Below are positions 27,359 to 39,400 of a DNA stretch of 64,000 nt, piece by piece. The notes beneath the pieces were generated by a model that had not been told where the DNA came from, did no database searches, and worked only from the letters and a program-made list of their open reading frames with translations. The translations under genes were made by a program, and so were the position numbers. This stretch comes from Zancudomyces culisetae HAW-14-8. Its lineage: Eukaryota > Fungi > Kickxellomycota. Within the stretch, counting starts at the first letter, position 1. Each line of letters starts with the position of its first letter. Where the stretch lies: assembly GCA_052426225.1 (NCBI GenBank), contig JBNJNM010000006.1:2108001-2172000 (forward strand), written 5' to 3'.

Positions 27359-28964
27359 CAGATACTCAATTATTTGTTCAAATGGTTTTGATGTTCATTA
27401 AAAAATTAGAATATCACACGAATTCTATATCGTATCACTATAAATTTTACAATCATTATACATCCATATACCATGTATAACCTATCAAATTTTCAGACTA
27501 CTTGAACTAGCCAATCAACTGTAGTTATACTTTTTGTAATAATATTTTATTTGAACTATTTTTTTGCTAAAATTATAAAAATTTATAAACTTAATTAAAC
27601 TAGTATTTAGTATATCCACCCCTGGCTTTCAATACAGCATTAATTCTTGTTGGCATGCTACTGATTAGCGATATACACTCGTCACGTGATATATTATTCC
27701 AATCGTCTTGTACGCGGTCCCAAAGTTCGTTTATCCCTTTTGGTGCATTTTCGTGATTTGATAGCCGTCTTTTCAAGTTGACCCATAGATGTTCAGTTGG
27801 ATTTAGGTCAGGTGACTGCGCTGGCCAGTCAAGCGCCTGAATCGAGTTAGTTTGCAACCATTCTTTAGTAATTATCACGGTGTGTTTTGGATCGTTATCA
27901 TGCTGAAAAATTGTACATTCCCTGTCTAAGTCGTACCTCTCCATTGATTTTACCAGTTCGTCTTCAAGAATATCACAGTACAATTCTGCATTAAGTCCGC
28001 AATCAATTATAGTAAGATAGCCTGAGCCTTCTGATGTCATGCATCCCCATATCATGATTGAACCTCCACCATGTTTTATAGTTTTTTTAACATGGTTCGG
28101 TTTTAACTGGCTCCATTGTTTTTTCCAGCACCACATGCGCCCATCTGACGTAAATCTGTTAATTTTAGTCTCGTCAGACCATATCACACGTTTCCAGTCT
28201 TCTACAGTGCAATGCTGATATTTTTTAGCAAATGCAATTCGTTGTTAAATATGGCCTAATTTTAGCATAGGTTTTTTGACCTTAGGTTTTGCACTTAAAT
28301 CATATTTTTTCAAGCTATTCCGCACTGTTTGAGGAACCACAGATACGAGGCCATTATCCTTGAGAAATTTTGTAGAGTCTGTCGCTGTATCAAATTGTCC
28401 AGACGTAATTTTCCGAATTAATTAATGCTCATTTGCTTTGTCAATATATTTGGGCTGCCAGGTATTAAATTTTTTATTGATGGACGATCTTTTTATTTAT
28501 GTTAGATATTGTCCATTACTATTAGATAGTTTAGATTCAATTTGGTTATAAAAGTATCCATTATCCAGCAGATTTATACAATCCAAACTTTTTCATTATT
28601 GAGTTTATTCCTCGTATTTATATTGATCAAAAATTTTAATTTTATAATATAATTTATTGTTTAGATAATTGTAAGATATATCAAGTAACATATAATTTTT
28701 TTAAATGATATCTAACATTATGAAAAAGATATCATCAAAATTGATAAATTTAATATAAAACCAAATAATTGTTCAATTATAATAATTAAAAAATTATAAC
28801 TACAGTTGACTGGCTGGTTTAAGTATTCTAAAAATTAATATGTTATACATGGTATATGGATGTATAATATTTGTAAAATTTATAGGGATACGATATAGTA
28901 TTCGTCAGATATAATAATTTTATAATGAACATCAAAAACTTTTGAACAATTTTTTGAGTCACTG
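27359..28964 (-). mobile_element. Tc1/mariner (DD34E) DNA transposon with ~170-bp diverged TIRs
   Basis: TIRs at 27359-27529 and 28795-28964; the right end is CACTG followed by TA. It abuts the protease region of element G. Confidence 0.88.
27600..28617 (-). pseudogene. Tc1 transposase: catalytic domain intact (27600-28187), N-terminal HTH region disrupted
   Basis: WSDETK, FQHDNDPKH and SPDLNPTEHLW, with 34 residues between the second D and E; GGYTKY end. Stops and frameshifts upstream. Confidence 0.88.
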
Positions 28965-28966
28965 TA

Positions 28967-31237
28967 TCTAGTGATTCCTTCCATTATTAATAGACCCGTA
29001 AGGTATGGGTGTCCATGAATATAGATGCGAAGTTTGTAGACGTTTCCTAACGCTTTGTGCTTTGTACCATCTGCAGTTATGTTAACTTCCTTGGCTCCTT
29101 TGGTGAAACGTATCCCCAATTCCTTTACCAGATGTTTCGATAAACGCAAACCGCAGCCCCTGTATCGACTACAGCATCTAGGGTTTTGCCCTTAATCAAG
29201 ACTGAAATGTTACAATTGGCCATCTGCTCCTGCTCAAGTGTATTAACTGTGTGGCTTGATGATGGCGGTGTCAACATCCCAATTAGTTCCCTTTTTATGG
29301 ATGGTGCTGTTTTTAGAAGCTGTTCGAAAGTGATGTTAGGTCTCCATTTCAGTATGTCTTCCTTTATCCAATAAGTGATTGGCTTCACTGCATTAGCTGT
29401 ATAAGCCGCATTGAAAATATCACCATTGTTTTTGGGTATCTTGTTATTTCCATTGTGGCTTTCCAATATTTTTCTCTTCTCTATAACTTAAGTAGTTTCC
29501 ATTCTCCTTCGATGTCCTCATTACTCTCTTTTTCAATTTCATTGTGTTTATTTGTTTATAATCAATATTGTATTTGATTTCTGTCTTGCAGTTATGTCAT
29601 GAACTGATTCTAGAATGTTCGAAAACGTTCTAGAATCATCTGATTTTATTCCGCAGTAATGTTTAGAATGTTGGGGAACATTCTAGAACATTACCGAAAA
29701 TTCACATTATTTATTAATTTTTCTTACGTAATAATTTTCACATGTTTAATTTTATTAGCATTCGAGTTTGATTTTTGTTTGATTACTAATCCAATTTGAT
29801 TAGTAATCAAACACGTTTTACTTTAACTTGCATTTTTAGCCATTCCGCAGTTTTCATAGTGATTTTGTTCAAAAACCAAGGCTGTAAAAAAGTATAAAAA
29901 GAGTACAATTTTCCTGTCTTGGATTCAGTATCTAGTATCTTGTATACATTCATACAATAAACTTTAATAATAATAAATATAACTCTCCTGACTCCAGATC
30001 TTGACAAGTTACTTGCATAATGTCCGATGTTATTGCATTTATAACATTTTACTTCCTCGTTGAACGCATCTTTTGGTTTTTGTTTAGTTTCGGTTTCCGC
30101 AAACTTGTATAATAAGGCGTCAAAGCTTTTGGAGAGAGATCTCATTTCTTCTTACATTTTCAATAGTTTTTGATCCCTTTGATTGATTGAAATAGTTTCG
30201 TCATTTTCAGCTATTATTCCATATCTTTGATTTATCTGTTCGCGCTTCAATGCGATTTCAACTGCTTCGTCATAGGTTTCTGATCCACTTCTTAATATTA
30301 GCTTTTGATAAGTAGGTAAAATAGATGTTAAGAGGCATTTGAGCTGAACTGCCTCATCGTTTGTTTGTGATTTCTGGAATAGTCTTTCTAGCCTAGGTAG
30401 GAATTCATCAAGTTCTTCATTTTTCTTTGTGTAGTCTTTAAAAGCTCTTGCCAGTATTTTAAATCAGATTCTGCATTGTCAAATTTATCTATAAAACTTT
30501 CTTTGATCTCCTGCCAAGTTGTCCATGTGTCCTAGTTTCTTATAAACCAACTTAGTGCTCTGTTATCTAGATATAACTCTAGAAAATCTGATCTGTCCTC
30601 TTCCTCCCAACCCAGACTTTTGGCGTACAGCTCATATCTTCTGATGAATTGTGCTGCATCCTGTGATCCTGCTCCTGTGCACGTCTGTAGTTCTTTTGCT
30701 TTGCCGATGGTACGGCTTGCTCCGATTATAAGAATATAAATATGTAAGATATATTTTATATAGTTTTTTGTGTATCCCCCGCTTTGGGCTCCAATTTTGT
30801 CATGCTAGATATAAAAGCTGACACTTTTGATCATGAATGGGTAGATGATGATTTTATTTATGTCCGTTTTTCGGACAGTTTATATATAAATTCTTACTTC
30901 AATCCTAAAAGTAAATCTTAATAACGATATAATAAATATGTAAATATATCCAAAGCTTGCTTACTAATTCGAAACGTAAGATTACTAATTTAGATAACTA
31001 ATGAGTAATATAGATAAATAATGACTAACATAGTTAACTAATTACTAAATTAGATAACTATTGACTAATAGAATATTAAGAATGAATGTGAAACTAGATG
31101 AGATGGTCATCGAGTTTCACATCGATAAATTTCGATATAATAATTGAAGAATTTACTTCATTATTTTATCGAAATATGTCGAACTTATTCTCTTGTAAAA
31201 CCCAGTGGGAAAAATTCATAGAATCACATTCACGACA
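28967..31237 (-). mobile_element. Element G: 5' part of a decayed Ty3/Gypsy element (LTR, PBS, gag, protease)
   Basis: LTR 30798-31237 (TGTCGTG...CATGACA on minus). Gag FIRRYELYAKSLGW from ~30726, CYKCNNIGHYASN, protease VVDTGAA. Confidence 0.8.
30777..30793 (-). promoter_or_regulatory. PBS of element G, tRNA-Lys type
   Basis: TGGAGCCCAAAGCGGGG, 4 nt after the LTR; TGGAGCCC is complementary to the ...GGGCT-CCA end of yeast-type tRNA-Lys(CUU). Confidence 0.6.
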
Positions 31238-31239
31238 AA

Positions 31240-31663
31240 TATCATATAGTGGGCAGAAGAGCATGATGACAAATTAATTAGTCATCATGCAAACAGTCAA
31301 ATTATTAGTTTGCGATAACTAATGAGGATCAGTTTTTTTCACTATCGATGAAAATAACAACATCTAGTTTTTTCTGATGACTCATAGTGTCGCAATACAA
31401 ACGTTTGTTAGTCATATAATTTTAATAGTAATTTATTGTTTTAGTTTAAAGAAGTTTAGTTTCAGTATCTTATTTTAAATTGTTTTTTACTTAGAAAGAA
31501 AAAAAGTATAAAAAAGGGAAATATTTGACAAAATAAAGATAACATATACAGAAAATAATCAGTTAAAAATATAATTACCTTGTTATAGTTAATAACAATA
31601 ACTTAAAGAAATATTATAGAACAATTATAGTAAATACATATATTTTATAAATAAAATATAACA
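31240..31663 (+). repeat. Solo LTR S5 (TGTTATATAGTGG family, decayed start)
   Basis: Starts TATCATATAGTGG (2 transitions from the family start) and ends AAATAAAATATAACA like the E2 3' LTR. Hairpin GCATGATGAC/GTCATCATGC at 31261-31290. Confidence 0.55.
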
Positions 31664-32355
31664 CAAAGTTGTATGCTTAGTTCTATCCAAGCTAAACTAT
31701 TGGGTGAACAGCATACAGCTTCTCAAACACCGAATAACCACCGTTATCTCGGGTGTTCGAGCAAGAAATCTGGGATTTCTTGGGTAATAAATTACCCAAA
31801 TGTTGGAGAAATATTCAGTTTTAATTGTTTTATTTTAAGTTTCTATTATATAAAGTTCTAATAAAATAGCTAGTCAGGTACTAGTATATTACTAGTAACC
31901 CCACCACAAGTTTGGTGGTTTCATCTTTTTGTTTTTAAAAGTTATTCATTAAATAAAATTAAATTAGCTCTAAAATACTTGATTTTACTCTATAATATTG
32001 AAATTTGTGATTTGAGCAAAAACCTACCTAAAACCAAAAAAACAACATAGGTAGTGAAGCGTAACACAATTTTCAAAGGGTATCAGAAAGGTATCAGAGT
32101 CTAATTTTTGGACCAAAATTAATTGTTTTGCACACCAAATTTTAGGAGTTGGGCGTAATTTTACTCAGTTTTATCGCATTTATTGAAGTAATAAGTACAT
32201 AAAACTAAATTAAATAAAAGCTATAAGGTAGAAACGACTGGTTAAAATAAAGTATAACTTTCTCCAGTAACGTTTCCCCTCTATTAGCAGAACTTTTTGT
32301 AGGTTTAGTTGCGGAAATTTCCTGAGAAATTTTCTGCAATCTAAAATTACAACAG

Positions 32356-32371
32356 TGGGGGCTCTGCCGGG
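32356..32371 (+). promoter_or_regulatory. PBS of element E1, tRNA-Pro type
   Basis: TGGGGGCTCTGCCGGG, close to the classical Pro PBS TGGGGGCTCGTCCGGG. Confidence 0.8.
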
Positions 32372-32772
32372 AAACTACCAAAACACTTGGGAAGTCCCGC
32401 AATAACCACTCTAGTCAGCAATTAAGCTGCTAAAGGATTATTTTATAATTATTAAAATATATCTGGAGAATTCTGGGTGAAATACCACAGTTTCTCGGGT
32501 GCGAAAGGTAACTAGTCTGCGACTAAAGTTACCGAAAAAATTATATTAATTAAAAGTTTCACCAGGAGTTTTTCCTGCAGGAAACATTAATTTTGGGTAG
32601 TTATACCTCAGAAAAATTAGCAGAAGGCTAGGAATAATAGTAAATTGGTACTATTATTTTTGCGGAGATATTTTTCCGAGAAAACTCCCAATTTAAAATA
32701 TAAAAAGTTAAAAGTTCCGAACAAGTTACGGGAAGAACTATTATTAAAGTAGTTAGTTTATACTACTAAAAA

Positions 32773-35354
32773 ATGGTTGGGAACACTGGTATAAAAGTGA
32801 TATCTAACCGCGGGGGTCCAGAAATTTCTCCGTTTGATAGCGCAAACTGTCCCGATGTTGAAGACTGGTTGCATACTTACGGTTTAATTTCATATATGTA
32901 TGGGTGGAATGATGCAGAAAAACTCAAGTATCTTGAGCTGTACCTATCCGGGGAAGACAAGAAGTGGTTTAAAAGGCAATTGTCAACTTTGACAACCTGG
33001 GAAGCCGCTTCCAAGAAATTCCTGGAGCAGTTCGGTACTCAAGAAACTGAGTTAACGGCATTGGAAACCCTGATAGATTTGCGGCAAGCAAACTTTAAAA
33101 ACTTTGAGCTTTTCGAAGCCGAGTTTGATAGTTTGGCTAATGCTGCGGGTATTAAGGAGGATTCGAAGACTTGGATGAATCTCTTTCGGAGAGCACTCAC
33201 CCAAAGGAATCAAGTCCTTCTTTCTAAGGCTGGGATTACCAAGGTAAAGGAAGCTAAGGAGAAACTCCTCGAGGAAGAAAAACTCGAGAAGGCTCTGAAT
33301 CTTTCGGCACCAAAGAAAACCAGAGCACCCGCAAAGGTAGAAAAGAAAGAGCAAAGTCCTCCAAAAGCGGATACTTGCTGAAGGAAAACTTTGCTGGGGA
33401 ATTACAGAGAACGTTGAAGTATATGCAAGGTTTGCAACTCAACATTCTCGACAGGATGGAAAAGCTTGAGGCCAAATCTCATGGGGAAAACAATAGGAAA
33501 CCCCAGAGAGACTTCAAGCCAAGAATCCTGGAGTGCTTCAAGTGTAAAAAGCCTGGGCACCATGGGACACAATGTCCTGAAGCAGCTGGAGGGTCGAAAG
33601 ACTTAGGCTGTATTGAGCTATGCTCTGAGATGTCCGACTCAGAGGCGGAAGCGTTGTTTGGAGTGGAGAAAAGGCCCAGAAGCCCCTCCCCAACAGACAA
33701 CGGCCCTGTAAGGGGTAGAGTTAGGACAGGAGAAAATCCTCCGGGACAGGTTACCGGAGAGATTAGGGAGGTTGGTATGGAGGTCGAAAAAGACCAAAAT
33801 CCACCTCAGGCAATACGAGTGGTTCCGAGAAACCCTGCAAAAGACAGGTTCTCTTTCCAGACGGAAACCAACTCTAAAACAAAACGCTACTTTGCTGATA
33901 AAGCTGCTATAGTACGCGAGAGAGGTGCGGCGACTGGGAAAACTCGCCAGACACCTGGGGACAAGGAAGAACTCCCAATAAAGGAGTTTTCCATTGAGGA
34001 AGAGTTTAACAGGATTCAACCAAAGTTAAACTATGCCCACCTCCTCAAGGTTTCCCCAATGGTTAGGAAGAGGATGTTAACATACATCCAAAAGTTGGAG
34101 GAGCAAGAGTTGGGAGCCATTGAAGATGAAGGTAGTCGCTATACAAACTGTAAAGCGTACATCGACGTCTTTGGTGAATACCACGTTGCTATCCTAGATA
34201 CTGGAGCAGCCTGCTCAGTAGTCACCAACGACTTCCTAAAAATGCTGGGTTTGGAAATAGACACTATGGATACGCCCACTATAGTGACAGCAGATGGGGC
34301 GAAACATTCCACACTTGGAATAGTTTCGGGTGTACCTTTCAGAATCGCTGGGTACATCTTTACTGGAGATCTGTTGGTCATGGAGCGGGGTATTAATCAG
34401 CTAGTCTTAGGCATGGACTGGTTGACTAAACATGGTGCTATGGTTGACTTGGGCGGTAAAGAATTAATATTACCCAAGGGCGACAAGGAGATTGCTTTGA
34501 CACTCTTTACGAGCAAGAAAAGCAACCTCGTAGATTATTCGGGGTACGAACTCTACGGGATAGCAAAGGAGGTGTCAACTTCAACATCTGAAGTGGCACC
34601 AGAAGTACCCCAGGGGCTCCTGAATGTGCTGGAAAAGAATAAGGATCTGTTTGTGACTGATCTTATGGATCTAGAACAGACCGATGTTTTGGACCACCGC
34701 ATTGAGGTTGGAGACGCCAATCCGGTGAAGGTTCGCCCTTACAGGATTCCGCACCATCTACGGGAGCAGGTGCGAGGGGAACTGGAGGTAATGGCAGAGA
34801 AAGGCATAATTGAGCCCTGCCAGTCCGATTGGTGCGCCCCAGTAGTGGTGGTAACTAAGAAAAACGGGAAGTTGAGAATTTGCTCAGATTACCGTAAACT
34901 TAACTTAGTTACCCGCAAGGATCTGTACCCATTGCCAATAATTGATGAATCTTTGCGGCATTTGGGAATGCAGGGGTTTTTAGCGTAATGGACGCTATGA
35001 GCGGGTTTTGGCAGGTCAAAATGAATCCCGCAGATAAACACAAAACAGCATTCGCTCTACCAGGAGATGGAATGTACTGTTACAACGTTATGCCTTTTGG
35101 ACTTTGCAACAGTCCCGCTACATTCCAGAAACTGATGGAGAAAGTGTTGGCAAACGTTTTATGGCGTTGTGCGATTGTGTTTATCGACGACATAATTGTG
35201 TACTCCAAGACCTGGGAGGAACACAAGGGACATTTAGAAGAAGTTTTTGAATGTCTCAGGAAGGGTAAAGTGCAATTGCACAAAGATAAGTGCGAATTCG
35301 GCAAGACCGAGATTCGTTACTTGGGGCATACCATTGGTAAGAATGGTATAAGTA
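32773..35354 (+). CDS. Gag-Pol of E1 (two 1-nt frameshifts at ~33375 and ~34950; cut at element F)
   Basis: CCHC CFKCKKPGHHGTQC, ILDTGAA, RT WCAPVVVV, MPFGLCNSP, FIDD and YLGH. Confidence 0.88.
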
Positions 35355-35477
35355 TGTCAGAATCGCATTATTTACCCATAAGTTTTAATATTTATTTTTA
35401 ATCATATTTAATTACCTTTGAATCCTAACTTGGGAACATTAAGTTTCCCAACTTAAATAAATTAGTTTCCTGACATT

Positions 35478-35488
35478 TTGGGAAACTT
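35478..35488 (+). promoter_or_regulatory. Self-priming PBS of element F
   Basis: TTGGGAAACTT is the exact complement of AAGTTTCCCAA at 35441-35451 inside the LTR. Confidence 0.8.
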
Positions 35489-35510
35489 CTAATTATTGGT
35501 TGAAGAGTTA

Positions 35511-36464
35511 ATGATGGTCCACCAATTAGATGAGATCGCAAAATTAGCTATGCAACAAGCTTTGCAAGAAAGTCAAGCTCAAGCCCAGGCTCAAGCCCAG
35601 ACACCCGCCCAAGTCCCCAGTCAGTTGCAGAATTTACCTGCACCAAATCCGCAGCCAAGGATTGATGGTATCAGAATACCAGAAATCCAGAAATACTCAG
35701 GAGAATCAGGAAGGTTCCGAGCCTTCACCGCCGAGATCAAGCGCCAGTTCTGGGCCAGACCAGACGTGTTCCAGAGTGACCATAACAAGATATGGTTCAT
35801 CAGTTCTCACCTTGCCGGTCATGCTGCCCTGTGGTTCGATAACCTTATCGATACCCAATCACCGTTGCTCTCAGATTTCAAAGGGTTTGAGAATGAATTT
35901 CAAAAGAGATTCTCAGATCCTGGCCACCAAGCCCGAGCTATCACCCAGCTTCATAGTTGCCGCCAGTCCCAGCGTTCCGTCCTGGAATTTGCAACCGAGT
36001 TCAGAAACCTCGCCTCTCTCAGTGGATTCAACGAGCCAGCCAAAATTCACCTGTTTTACATCGGATTGGATACTAGCCTTGTCCAGCGCCTTGCCACTGA
36101 ACCGCTACCAAACACCTTGGACCAGCTCATTGATCAGGTGATTGAGCTTGAGAACAGAATCAATGCCCGCAGTGCCTACCTGCCCAAGAGAAGCGTCCCA
36201 TTCCGCAACTGGAGTACTCCGGCTCCACCGGTCTTCCCCCGTCCAGCCATGCCTGTCCCAGATCACCAGGCTCCTGAACCAATGGACGTTGATGCCGTCA
36301 CCTCCCGTCCAAGAGCACCGCTAGATACAGCCGAACGTCAGAGAAGATTAGCCAATAATCTTTGTCTATACTGTAGTCAGCCGAACCACATTCTCCGTAA
36401 CTGTCCGCTCCGCAGGCCAAGACACCCTATATCTGGGGTGCCAAAAGACAGTGCTCAGATGTAG
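35511..36464 (+). CDS. Gag of element F
   Basis: IPEIQKYSG, CRQSQRSVLEFATEF, PEPMDVD and CCHC CLYCSQPNHILRNC. The exact start ATG is uncertain. Confidence 0.88.
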   Translation: MMVHQLDEIAKLAMQQALQESQAQAQAQAQTPAQVPSQLQNLPAPNPQPRIDGIRIPEIQKYSGESGRFRAFTAEIKRQFWARPDVFQSDHNKIWFISSHLAGHAALWFDNLIDTQSPLLSDFKGFENEFQKRFSDPGHQARAITQLHSCRQSQRSVLEFATEFRNLASLSGFNEPAKIHLFYIGLDTSLVQRLATEPLPNTLDQLIDQVIELENRINARSAYLPKRSVPFRNWSTPAPPVFPRPAMPVPDHQAPEPMDVDAVTSRPRAPLDTAERQRRLANNLCLYCSQPNHILRNCPLRRPRHPISGVPKDSAQM

Positions 36465-39400
36465 TCCGGGAGTTACTCCTGAGCGTAGCTAATAATTCTA
36501 ATATTTCTAGTAATAAATTTCATATTAAAGTTGTTTTAAATAATCTATACGAACTTGTTGCATTAGTGGACTCCGGTGCTTCAGCCAACTTTATTCGTCA
36601 AGATTTATTAGAAAAACTAAACCTCCCAACCAAAGAAGCAGAAAAAACCATCGTCCTAGAAAGTGTTGATGGTCACCAGATATACCCAGGGGGCATAAAT
36701 GTCAAGGTTGATAATGCCCATATCAAGTCCGGTCCTAACCACTCTGAACACCTAGACCTTATCCCGATTCCAACCAATCACGCTGACATTATTTTTGGAT
36801 TACCCTGGTTACGCAAACACAATCCTAGTATAACTTGGCCAGACCTCCAGATCCACTTCGACTCTGACTTTTGCAGTACAAATTGTGTTGATACCCACTC
36901 CATCCAGGCCGTGTTCAAGTCACCTGATGAACCAGATCCAGATCCAGTAGAACAAAATATTAGCCAGAATACGTCCACAAACCCAACTATCCTCCAAAGG
37001 GTGTTGAATAGATTATCAACTACCCTGCTTCCACACAGTGCCAAGTTGCTCGAATCGGTCAAGTTGGACGATTCAAACACTGAAAATCAAAGATTTTCAC
37101 CGCCTCCGTCTCCTGATCTCCCCAGCCCAGCTCCGTCAAATCCATACGCCAGAATTGAAGAGATTCTTCCTGTACCTGTTCCTGCACCAGTCCAATCAGT
37201 CACTCCAGAACCTGAAACCCAAAGTTTGCCCAAACCCGCAGCTATTGAGAACCCAGTAGATAACCATGTTGTCAAGCGAATTCCTGAGCCCCGTCGTCCA
37301 GTAACCCCTGTGCCAAAAGTACCACTCAGACCTGAACTTCCCAAAGCAATCCTGAAGAAAATTGAGCCAAGAGAACCAGTCGTCAGATCCCGGCCATTTC
37401 ATAAAAATACCCCAGTCACCACCCCCGAGCCAGAATATTCCTTGGATCCAGATCCTGTAACTTTTGCCGTTTCTGAGTCCCCGCTAGAGTACTTGGAAGA
37501 ATTTCCGCAACTTCCAGTAATATACTCTGAATTCAAGGAAGTGTTCAATCCCAAGTCTGCCGTTTCACTTCCTCCTCACCGCCGTTATGACTGTCCTGTC
37601 AACACCAAAGAGGGTTACACCCCATACTGGGGGCCAATATACCCGCTATCGGAAGTAGAGTTAGAGTCTCTAAGAGGTTACATCCGCGAAAACCTCACCA
37701 ATGGCTTCATCAGACGCTCTGTCTCCCCTGCTGGTGCACCAATCATGTTTGTAAAGAAGAAGTCTGGTGACTTGCGCCTTTGTGTTGACTACCGCCGATT
37801 GAACGAAGCTACCATCAAGAATAGGTACCCATTACCTAGGATTGATGAGGCGTTCGATCGGCTGCGTACAGCCAAGGTCTTTACAAAATTGGATCTCAAA
37901 GGTGCCTACAACTTAGTGCGGATCAAGGAAGGTGACGAGTGGAAAACTGCATTTAGGTGCAGATATGGCCACTTTGAGTACCAGGTCATGCCATTTGGCT
38001 TGACAAATGCTCCCGCCACCTTTCAGCACTTTATCAATGATGTGTTACGAGATGTATTGGATCTCTATGCAATTGCATACCTTGACGACATCTTGATATT
38101 TTCCAATGACACTGACACTCACATCTCTCACGTGAAATCTGTTCTGAAAAAGCTGCTTGAAAATGGTCTGTACTGTAACGCCGAAAAATGTCACTTCCAT
38201 ATCAGGGAAGTTGAATTTCTAGGCCATGTTGTGTCTTCAGATGGAATAGCCACCGATCCTGCTAAAGTCAAGTGTGTAAAAGAATGGCTACCACCCACCA
38301 ATGTTAAGGAGGTCCAGAAGTTTCTCGGTTTTGCCAATTACTACCGAAAGTTTATCCCATACTTCTCGCTGAAAGCCCTGCCAATCACAAGACTTCTGAA
38401 AAAGGATACACCGTTCGTTTGGAGTAAGGAGGCAGGTGAAGCCTTTAATACTCTTATCCAGGATCTCACCACTTCCCCCGTTCTCAGATACCCTGACCCA
38501 GGAAAACAGTTTATTCTGGAAACTGACGCCTCAGACTACGCCATTGGGGCTGCTCTGTCCCAAGAAGATGAAAACGGTGATCTCCGTCCTTGTGCCTACT
38601 ATTCTTACAAACTCAACACTGCCGAATCCAACTATAATATCTATGACAAGGAACTCTTGGCAATCATCAAGGCTCTCAAAGAATGGCGACATCATCTGGA
38701 AGGCTCCTCCATCCCGTTCAAGATTCTTACTGACCATAAGAATTTGGAGACCTTTAAAAATCTGAAGTCACTCAACAGAAGACACGCAAGATGGTCTCTT
38801 GATCTCAGTAGATTCAGCTTCATCATAACCTACAGGCCTGGATCTCAAGGAGGCAAACCTGACGCTCTTTCTCGTTTGCCCAATCACACACCTGATAAGG
38901 TCGCCAACAACAACATCATAGGCGAAGACCACTTCATAGACATTATCAGCATAGTGGACAGTGATTTTGCTCAAGAAATCGCCAAATCCAGCAAAGCCCA
39001 TCTAGAAGGATTATTGGATGCCGCAAGATACCAGAGCAGCCATAAGTCTAACGAGCCAGTAGAAGTTGAAGATGGGATTGTAATGCTTGGAAACCGTGTT
39101 GTCGTCCCCGACAAAATGAAGCCGCAAGTTGTAAGTTCTAGACATGACAGTGGCCCAGCCGGCCATTTTGGCGCTAAAAAGACATTGGAGCTCGTGGAAC
39201 GAGACTTTTGGTTTCCAGGAATGCGCAAATTTATTAAAGAGTTTGTTCAAACCTGTGATACATGCAATAGATCAAAGGACAGAAGACACAAAGTTTACGG
39301 TAACTACTTCCGCTACCCGCTCCCTCAGGCCCATGGAAATCTATCACCATGGATTTCATAACTGATCTTCCTCCATCCAACAAGCACACTACTATTATGG

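Larger units (their letters stand above)
31667..35354 (+). mobile_element. Element E1: 5' half of a Ty3/Gypsy element (LTR, PBS-Pro, gag, protease, most of RT)
   Basis: 688-bp LTR 31667-32354 (matches S3), PBS at 32356, ORFs from 32773 up to the F junction. Confidence 0.9.

Noticed and set aside
31365-31420. CTGATGA suggesting a hammerhead ribozyme in S5
   Set aside because: No stem II followed by GAAA and no cleavage triplet; explained by an LTR inverted repeat.
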